From positions 65,633 through 129,632 of the forward strand of contig JAWAFD010000004.1 of NCBI GenBank assembly GCA_038890745.1: DNA of 64,000 nt, in the 5' to 3' direction. The position numbers and the translations under genes are program-made. The stretch's first letter is position 1, and each line of letters begins with the position of its first letter. This DNA comes from Candidatus Anstonellales archaeon (GTDB taxonomy: Archaea; Micrarchaeota; Micrarchaeia; Anstonellales; J096). Positions 57,344 through 64,000 of this stretch are shown in pieces. The notes under the pieces are model-generated. The model did not search any database. It was not told the DNA's origin and saw nothing but the letters and a program-made list of their open reading frames with translations.

Positions 57344-58819
57344 ATGAAACTCTATGAAAGAATAATGGAGCTTGCCCTCACAAGGAGCTTTTTCTTCCCG
57401 AGTAATGAGATTTATGGTGCCCAGTCAGGTTTTTATGATTACGGGCCGACGGGAAAGCTCATAAAAAATAACCTAGAAAACTTATGGAGAAGAATGTTTG
57501 TGCAGGAGGAGGGTTTTTTTGAGGTTGAAACTGCAGTTATCAACCCAGAAATAGTTTTCAAGGCATCCGGGCATGTGGATGAGTTTACAGACCCGGTTGT
57601 GGAATGCCAAAAATGCCATAAAAAAGTGAGGGCAGACCATTTGGTTGAAGAGAGATTGAATGTGAAATGGAATGGGAAGCTTGAAAGTTTAGAAAAGCTT
57701 ATTTTTGACAATAATGTAAAATGCCCGTCCTGCGAGGGCCCTCTCTCAAAACCATTTTTTTCCAACCTCATGTTCTCAACACAGATAGGGGTGGATGGAG
57801 AAAAAGGCTATCTCCGTCCAGAAACAGCACAAGGAATCTTCACCTCGTTCTTAAGAATTTTCAGAAACCATGGTACGAAGCTTCCGCTTGGGGTTGCTCA
57901 GATAGGAAAAAGTTTTAGGAATGAGATAAGTCCGAGGAAGGCGCTTGTGAGGTTGAGAGAATTCACTCAGATGGAGTTGGAGTATTTTTTTGACCCTGAT
58001 GACCCACGCATCCAAGGTTTTGAGAAAATAAAGGATGAGAAGGTGCGTTTTCTTACAAGAGAAGCACAGAAAAATAAAATTGATGCTGAGTGGCTGACTG
58101 CAAAAGAGATTGTTGAGAAGGGGTATGCAAATGAAATAATGGCATATTTTCTTGTAAGGCAGTGGCTCTACTATGTGCGCGTTGGTTTGGACCCTAAGAG
58201 AATGTGGTTTCGGCATCTTATGGAAAATGAAACCCCGCACTATTCAAGATCAAACGTTGATTTGGAGGTGGAAACCTCTTACGGAATAATCGAAATTTCT
58301 GGTAATGCGTACAGAACGAATTATGATTTGAGCCAGCATGAAAAGTTCAGCAAGCAGAAAATGGAGGTTGCTTGGAACAACAAAAAAATTGTTCCGCATG
58401 TTTTTGAGGTTTCCATGGGGGTTGATAGGCTTTTCTTCTGCCTCCTTGAGCACAATTTCCGGGAAAAAACTGATGAAAAAGATTGGGAATGGTTTGATTT
58501 CAAGCCATGGATCGCACCTTATGATGTTGCGGTCTTCCCGCTTATGAAAAAGGATGGGTTGTCTGAGAAGGCCGAGAGGGTTGCGGGTGGGCTGAGAGGA
58601 AATTTTAATGTGCACTACCAGGAAAGCGGGACGATAGGGAAGAGATACGCAAGGGCTGATGAGATAGGAATTCCATACGCAATAACAATAGATTACCAAA
58701 CACTTGAGGATGAGACGGTAACTATACGATTCAGGAATTCAGGGAAGCAGGAGAGGGTTGGGATAGGTGTGCTTGCTAAAAAAATAGAAGAATACAAAAA
58801 AGAAGGAAGAACAGAATAA
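57344..58819 (+). CDS. glyS: Glycine--tRNA ligase (alpha2 type)
   Basis: GFYDYGP, ASGHV, LRPETAQGIF, FRNEISP, REFTQMELE. Confidence 0.95.
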   Translation: MKLYERIMELALTRSFFFPSNEIYGAQSGFYDYGPTGKLIKNNLENLWRRMFVQEEGFFEVETAVINPEIVFKASGHVDEFTDPVVECQKCHKKVRADHLVEERLNVKWNGKLESLEKLIFDNNVKCPSCEGPLSKPFFSNLMFSTQIGVDGEKGYLRPETAQGIFTSFLRIFRNHGTKLPLGVAQIGKSFRNEISPRKALVRLREFTQMELEYFFDPDDPRIQGFEKIKDEKVRFLTREAQKNKIDAEWLTAKEIVEKGYANEIMAYFLVRQWLYYVRVGLDPKRMWFRHLMENETPHYSRSNVDLEVETSYGIIEISGNAYRTNYDLSQHEKFSKQKMEVAWNNKKIVPHVFEVSMGVDRLFFCLLEHNFREKTDEKDWEWFDFKPWIAPYDVAVFPLMKKDGLSEKAERVAGGLRGNFNVHYQESGTIGKRYARADEIGIPYAITIDYQTLEDETVTIRFRNSGKQERVGIGVLAKKIEEYKKEGRTE

Positions 58820-59227
58820 TCAAAGGCCCAAAATCTCCTTTGCTTTTGAGAAATGCTCATCTATTGGCTTGAATGCAACTTCAGTATACTCCTTTTCTTT
58901 GCTCAATATATACACGCTTTCTAAATCAACACCATTTTTTGCAAGTTTTTTTGTTATCTTTGCTAGCTCGCCCGGCCTGTTAGGCATTTTTACAACGATT
59001 ATCTCGCTCTCTTCCACGTTTTTTACATGCGGGACTCTTGAGAGGATTTTTTTTGCTGTTGCAGGGTCTGTTGTAACTATTCTGAAAACAGCTTCATTTG
59101 GTCCTTTCGCATATGCAGCTATCGTTTCTATATTTATTCCGCTCGCACCAAGTGCAGAGGCTATGGTTTCTAATGCTCCTATTTCATTTTTTGCAAGAAC
59201 GGTTACCTCTTTCATAACATACACCAT
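58820..59227 (-). CDS. Tandem ACT domain protein
   Basis: NEIGAL..GINIE and NRPGELA..GVDLE repeats. Confidence 0.85.
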   Translation of the reverse strand: MVYVMKEVTVLAKNEIGALETIASALGASGINIETIAAYAKGPNEAVFRIVTTDPATAKKILSRVPHVKNVEESEIIVVKMPNRPGELAKITKKLAKNGVDLESVYILSKEKEYTEVAFKPIDEHFSKAKEILGL

Positions 59228-59257
59228 GTTTTAATTTTACAGAGAATTGTTTAAAAA

Positions 59258-60496
59258 CTATACATATATCGGGAATTTTTCCGTCAGTGCATGCACATCT
59301 TCCCTGACCTTTGCAATAACACTTTCATCATTTATGTTTGAGAGAACTTTGTGTATGAGACTTGCGATCTCTTTCATCTCGCTTTTTCCCATCCCCCTTG
59401 TAGTCACCATGGGTGTCCCTATCCTTATTCCGCTCGTTTTTACCGGTGGGAGCGGGTCGTACGGGATTCCGTTTTTGTTTAGAATGATGTCTGCCTTTTC
59501 CAACGCGGCCTGCGCATCAGCCCCAGTCATACCAATGCTTCTCAAATCAATTAGCATAAGATGATTGTCTGTTCCACCACTCACAAGCCGGTATCCTAAG
59601 CTGGCGAACTCATCCGCCATTGTTTTTGCATTTTCAACTATTTTTTTTGTGTACTCTTTAAACTCTGGTTTAAGCGCCTCTTCAAAACAAACTGCTTTGG
59701 CTGCTATCGCATTCTCCAATGGTCCTCCTTGCGCTCCTGGAAAAACTGCGCTATCAACCTGTTTTGCATACTTCTCTTTTGTTAGTATCAGAGCCCCCCT
59801 GGGTCCCCTGAGTGTTTTGTGTGTTGTTGTTGTCACAACATCAGCATACGGGACAGGGGATGGATGGGCCCCACCAGCAACAAGCCCTGCGATGTGCGCA
59901 ATATCAGCCATTAGATATGCCCCAACCTCATCCGCAATCTCCCTAAAAGCTTTCCAATCTATGATGCGCGGATAAGCGCTATATCCAGCAATTATGAGTT
60001 TCGGCCTTTCCTCCAAAGCCCTTTTTCTTATCATATCATAATCAAGCATCTCGGTTTCCTTGTTCAGATAATACGGTGCGGGAACAAACCATTTTCCTGA
60101 AAAGCTCACCTTGTACCCATGCGTTAAGTGTCCCCCATGGTCAAGCGCAAGCCCCATAATTTTATCCCCTGGCTGGAGGAATGCAAGGTAGGCCGCAAGG
60201 TTGGCTGTTGCGCCTGCATGCGGTTGGACGTTTGCATGCTCTGCCCCAAAAAGCTTCTTTGCTCTTTCTATTGCGAGCATTTCCATCTCGTCGATGTATT
60301 TATTGCCGGCGTAATACCTTTTTCCGGGATATCCTTCGGCATACTTGTTTGTCATTATACAGCCGCTCGCCTCCATCACTGCTTTGCTTGCGTAGTTTTC
60401 GCTTGCGATCAGTCCGATTGTTTTCTGCTGTCTCTCCAACTCTTTCATCAGAATTTCATAAGCCTTTATATCAGTTTTTTTTATTTCTTCGTACAT
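59258..60496 (-). CDS. glyA: Serine hydroxymethyltransferase
   Basis: [37 protein letters not shown]. Confidence 0.97.
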   Translation of the reverse strand: MYEEIKKTDIKAYEILMKELERQQKTIGLIASENYASKAVMEASGCIMTNKYAEGYPGKRYYAGNKYIDEMEMLAIERAKKLFGAEHANVQPHAGATANLAAYLAFLQPGDKIMGLALDHGGHLTHGYKVSFSGKWFVPAPYYLNKETEMLDYDMIRKRALEERPKLIIAGYSAYPRIIDWKAFREIADEVGAYLMADIAHIAGLVAGGAHPSPVPYADVVTTTTHKTLRGPRGALILTKEKYAKQVDSAVFPGAQGGPLENAIAAKAVCFEEALKPEFKEYTKKIVENAKTMADEFASLGYRLVSGGTDNHLMLIDLRSIGMTGADAQAALEKADIILNKNGIPYDPLPPVKTSGIRIGTPMVTTRGMGKSEMKEIASLIHKVLSNINDESVIAKVREDVHALTEKFPIYV

Positions 60497-60555
60497 GCTA
60501 CCCCCAACGCATAAAGGTTAAAACATTTTTAAAATGTTCTGTGCAAAGGTTCCTC

Positions 60556-61674
60556 ATGCTCCTTGTAGATTTTTTGGTTTCCCTTCCAGGAGGACAGGTA
60601 ACAGCAGCTATCGTTTTGTTTGCTATACTGTGGGGAGTTTTAAACATTCTCCTTGCAGCATTCATCGCACTTTCAAAAAAAGTTACTGAAAGGACAAAAA
60701 CAAAGTTAGACGACCTCATTCTCGCGCGACTGAGTACCATCCTCCAGGTTTTCATAGCGGTTCTATCAGCATACCTTTCTCTCTGGCTCGTTCACGGGGA
60801 GATCGAGGTCTTTGGTTTTTCGCTGGCTACGATTTTTGCAGTCCTCATGATTCTCATAGTTGGCTATGCTTTTATGAAATTTGTTGACACATTGCTTGAG
60901 TGGTATGAAGAAGAAATAGCTCCAAAAACAGATACAAAATTTGATGAAGAGTACATGCCGCTCATAAGAAATATAGTTCGCGTAACCTTGTTGCTCATAA
61001 CAGTTCTTATTGCACTTAGTTATTTAGGAATCGACATCACCCCTGCTTTGGCCGGTTTGGGTATAGCAGGGCTTGCTGTTGGTTTGGCTTTGCAGGATAC
61101 CCTTGCGAATTTTTTCGCAGGATTATACCTTCTGGCAGACAGGCCCGTGAGAGTAGGCGATTACATAAAGGTTGGTGGGGAGGAAGGATATGTTGAGGAG
61201 GTTGGGTGGAGAAGCACAAGGCTTGTTACATGGGACAATAAGCTTATAGTCCTTCCTAATAAGGTACTTGCAGAGCAGACGATAGTAAATTTTTTTGGTC
61301 CAACCGAACCAACAAGACATGTGATAGAAGTTGGTGTTGCCTACGGAAGCGACCTTGATCAGGTAGAACGAGCAATAATGAGTGCAATAAAGGAGACACA
61401 GAAAAATGATAAAAACATGGATCCATCCATCGAGCCTTTTGTGAGGGTGGACAGATTTGATGATTTTGCGATTGTTTTTAAGGTAGGTTTTTCAGTAAAG
61501 GACTATACAAAAAGATTTGCAACTGCAAGTGCGGTATTCAAAAACATATACAAAGAATTCCAGAAAGAGGGAATAACCATTCCTTTCCCAACCAGAACTG
61601 TCTATACCGTCACTCAACAAAAACAGGAAAAAAGTGAAGGAAGTGAAGGTAAAAAGAAAACAAGAAAGCGCTAA
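60556..61674 (+). CDS. Small-conductance mechanosensitive channel
   Basis: GLAVGLALQDTLANFFAG..RPVRVGD, VGWRST, IPFP; start ATG 60556. Confidence 0.9.
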   Translation: MLLVDFLVSLPGGQVTAAIVLFAILWGVLNILLAAFIALSKKVTERTKTKLDDLILARLSTILQVFIAVLSAYLSLWLVHGEIEVFGFSLATIFAVLMILIVGYAFMKFVDTLLEWYEEEIAPKTDTKFDEEYMPLIRNIVRVTLLLITVLIALSYLGIDITPALAGLGIAGLAVGLALQDTLANFFAGLYLLADRPVRVGDYIKVGGEEGYVEEVGWRSTRLVTWDNKLIVLPNKVLAEQTIVNFFGPTEPTRHVIEVGVAYGSDLDQVERAIMSAIKETQKNDKNMDPSIEPFVRVDRFDDFAIVFKVGFSVKDYTKRFATASAVFKNIYKEFQKEGITIPFPTRTVYTVTQQKQEKSEGSEGKKKTRKR

Positions 61675-62132
61675 ACAAGTGCTTCAACATCCTCTTTTTT
61701 TCTGTAAACTTTAATGTGTTTTCCTTTTACTCTTACTGGCATTGCAATCGCGACTTCTAAAGGTAGAACAGTGTACTCATCCTTGTCCTCTTCTACCTTT
61801 GTGACCTTTGCTTTTTCTCCTTTGAATGGACCTGATGTTATCTCAACGATATCCCCAACCTCAATCATTACGGCCTTTGGTTTAGGCGCTTTAAGCATTT
61901 TTTCTACTTCTTGAACTGCAATTGGAGTTTTTAGGACACCCTTTACATGCTTTGTCTTAGTTGCCAGTTTAAGCGCGGTGTTCTCATCCTCTGCCTCAAC
62001 AAAAAGATACCCCCGGACATTTTCAGGATAGAAAATAGAGTAGATGTTAAGCTTTTTGGATTTGACCTTTGCAACAAGCATCTGCGCCACAACCTTCTCC
62101 TGTCCGGCTGTAACCCTGAATACAAATATCAT
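61671..62132 (-). CDS. spt5: Transcription elongation factor Spt5
   Basis: VTAGQE, GYLFVE, KOW motif GDIVEITSGPFKG. Confidence 0.95.
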   Translation of the reverse strand: MIFVFRVTAGQEKVVAQMLVAKVKSKKLNIYSIFYPENVRGYLFVEAEDENTALKLATKTKHVKGVLKTPIAVQEVEKMLKAPKPKAVMIEVGDIVEITSGPFKGEKAKVTKVEEDKDEYTVLPLEVAIAMPVRVKGKHIKVYRKKEDVEALV

Positions 62133-62141
62133 TTTCTCCCC

Positions 62142-62303
62142 CTATATCATTCCCGTTATTATGGATATTACTAATCCTATTATTCCGGTTGCAACCATTC
62201 CTACTCCGGTAACCTTCGCTATGAATGCAAACTCTTTTTGCGTTGGTTTTCTCGCTTGAATAAGAAGCCTCCTGCTTCTTTGTACAAGTTCGATTATATT
62301 CAT
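62142..62303 (-). CDS. secE: Protein translocase subunit SecE/Sec61-gamma (not in the ORF track)
   Basis: Manual translation MNIIELVQRSRRLLIQARKPTQKEFAFIAKVTGVGMVATGIIG; ftsZ-secE-spt5 synteny. Confidence 0.92.
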   Translation of the reverse strand: MNIIELVQRSRRLLIQARKPTQKEFAFIAKVTGVGMVATGIIGLVISIITGMI

Positions 62304-62311
62304 TCCATCAC

Positions 62312-63541
62312 CTATCCTATGAGCTCTAAGTCAAGGTTTTCTATGTCCAGGGTTCCTTCAACATTGTACTTCGGTATTGTAACCCCGGCAAGAACAACCA
62401 GTACCCGGATTGCTGATTTTTTCATGTCCTCCTCTATCCTTGACCCTTGGATTATGTGAGCATCCGGATAGATTCTTCTTGCTGTCTCCTCAACTATGTA
62501 GTTTGCTTCCTTAAGTGTCATATCACTTCCCCCAACTATATTTATGAGTGCCCTTGTTGCGGTGCTTATGTCTGCATCCAGCAATGGTGAATTAAGCGCT
62601 GTCTCTATTGCTATCTTTGCCCTTTCCTCATGCTTTACTTCTGCGCTTGCCTCACCCAAACCGATTACCGCTGTTCCGGCGTCTTTCAATATTGTTGTAA
62701 GGTCAGCAAAATCTACATTTACCATTCCTGCTTTTGTTACGAGCTCGGTTATTCCTTTCACAGAGCCAGCAAGCACCTCATCGCAAACCTTAAATGCTGT
62801 GTTTAATGGTAGTTCTGGTGCAATTGTTAATAGTTTATCATTCCTTATTACTATTACAGTATCAACATACTTTCTTAGCTTTTCGAGCCCTTTTATTGCA
62901 TTCTCCATCCTTATCCTTCCTTCTGAAGTAAACGGAAGCGTAACAACAGCAACGGTTAATGCGTTTATATCATTTTTTGCTATTTTTGCTATTATCGGTG
63001 CGGAGCCTGTCCCTGTCCCACCACCCAGTCCACATGTTATAAAAACAAGGTTAGCATCTTTCAGAATCTCCTTTATCTGCTCGGCACTTTCCTCAGCAGC
63101 CTTTTGGCCTATCTCCGGGTTGCTTCCCGCTCCCCTCCCTTTTGTCAAGCTTTTTCCCAAAACAAGTTTTCTGTTTGCTTTCACCTGCAACAAATGTCTT
63201 GCATCAGTATTCATTGCAATGAGTTTCGCACCTTTTATCCCTAGGTCAAAAAGCCGATTGAGGGTATTACATCCGCTCCCTCCCGCGCCCACAACATAAA
63301 TTTTCGGTTCACTTTCCTCAACGAATTTTAGAAGCTCCTCTTCATCAGAGGCAGCAAGAAGCTCCTCATCCTCTTCCTCTTTCTTCTTTTCTTTTTTGTG
63401 CTTTTCTTCTTTGTGCTCTTCTTTTTTTGGAACATCATTTTCCTTTTTAACCTCTTCCAAAACCTCTTCTGTGTTTATTTCTGGTGGTAAGCCTTCCTCG
63501 ATTTTTTTCTCGCTACTTTCAGCGTTAGCCTCTTCTTCCAT
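62312..63541 (-). CDS. ftsZ: Cell division protein FtsZ (FtsZ1-type synteny) with long acidic N-terminus
   Basis: VVGAGGSG, GAGSNP, GLGGGTGTG, NVDFAD. Confidence 0.97.
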   Translation of the reverse strand: MEEEANAESSEKKIEEGLPPEINTEEVLEEVKKENDVPKKEEHKEEKHKKEKKKEEEDEELLAASDEEELLKFVEESEPKIYVVGAGGSGCNTLNRLFDLGIKGAKLIAMNTDARHLLQVKANRKLVLGKSLTKGRGAGSNPEIGQKAAEESAEQIKEILKDANLVFITCGLGGGTGTGSAPIIAKIAKNDINALTVAVVTLPFTSEGRIRMENAIKGLEKLRKYVDTVIVIRNDKLLTIAPELPLNTAFKVCDEVLAGSVKGITELVTKAGMVNVDFADLTTILKDAGTAVIGLGEASAEVKHEERAKIAIETALNSPLLDADISTATRALINIVGGSDMTLKEANYIVEETARRIYPDAHIIQGSRIEEDMKKSAIRVLVVLAGVTIPKYNVEGTLDIENLDLELIG

Positions 63542-63596
63542 TCAACCACCTTAGGGGGGCAGTAAATATTGAATAAAAAGTATTAAAAAGTTTCGC

Positions 63597-63907
63597 TAGA
63601 CCAGGGGGTACTTTATCTTTTTCTCAGACCCCCTGCCTCTTCCACCCCCCATCTTATCTAAGCAAAAGTTAGACCAGGGGGTACTTTATCTTTTTCTCAG
63701 ACCCCCTGATGCGGTGAAACAACCCGAAGGGCTTCGGTGCGACCCAACCCACCTAAACTTCTGGGTCGCACTTGTTTCGCCGCATCACCTGCCTCTTCCA
63801 CCCCCTATCTTATCTAAGCAAAAGTTAGACTAGGGGGTACTTTAACTTTTTCTCAGACCCCCTTACTCTACTACCCCCTATCTTATACGAGCAAAAATTA
63901 GGGGGTA
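63597..63907. repeat. Three tandem 73-bp units plus a partial fourth, rich in G5/C5 boxes
   Basis: Units start at 63597, 63670 and 63826 (TAGACYAGGGGGTACTTTA..GACCCCCT..ACCCCC..AGCAAAA); unit 2 is interrupted. Confidence 0.9.
63707..63787. mobile_element. 81-bp structured insertion (MITE-like) in repeat unit 2
   Basis: Terminal inverted repeat TGATGCGGTGAAACAA / TTGTTTCGCCGCATCA; short target duplication (CC, up to CCTG); empty site visible in unit 1. Confidence 0.7.
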
Positions 63908-64000
63908 TTACCCCCCGGGGGAAAGAAAGTTTAGAAATGCGAAAAGGGGCTTTGGGGATGTTATCCCCAAATGAGTTTAAGAATAGCGAAGGGGGGCGAG

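Noticed and set aside
60181..60555. N-terminal extension of the MscS ORF
   Set aside because: Overlaps glyA on the opposite strand and has no membrane-protein character
347..63299. Numerous short ORFs antisense to or nested in recognised genes
   Set aside because: They are shadows of well-supported genes, with no motifs or independent start signals
63597..63907. Possible CRISPR array
   Set aside because: Units are contiguous 73-bp tandem copies without unique spacers of regular length, and no cas genes are present in the window

Overview
Archaeal chromosomal segment. It is gene-dense and mostly housekeeping: eIF2 alpha/gamma, S6e/S27e/L44e, Nop10, aCPSF1, proteasome beta, GINS, Val/Thr/Pro/Gly-tRNA ligases, Spt5-SecE-FtsZ. 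The three-unit tRNA splicing endonuclease and heavily intron-split tRNAs suggest a DPANN lineage, probably Micrarchaeota (inference). I found no CRISPR array, integrase, transposase or provirus, and I cannot claim a complete new multi-gene system. The strongest observations are: (1) all four tRNA genes carry BHB/BHL introns, three at non-canonical sites, and the T-loop introns of tRNA-Lys(CTT) and tRNA-Gln(TTG) are related to each other; (2) an intact glutamine synthetase-fold gene lacking most catalytic residues lies head-to-head with a degenerate PP2C-fold gene; (3) an MNT-HepT toxin-antitoxin pair sits between ino1 and a CDP-alcohol phosphatidyltransferase, bounded by an exact 26-bp direct repeat; (4) a 407-aa LAGLIDADG intein interrupts the EndoQ PHP motif; (5) a C/D box sRNA is predicted to guide 23S Um2552, and its 3' 18 nt are duplicated around a hairpin; (6) a 73-bp G5/C5-rich tandem repeat upstream of ftsZ (candidate origin or protein-binding array) contains an 81-bp structured insertion, with a degenerate single copy after tRNA-Val; (7) tandem VirB2/TrbC-like pilin paralogues, an orphan VirB11/TadA-like ATPase and a stand-alone LigD-like primase-polymerase. 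All calls come from reading motifs by eye; no database searches were run.
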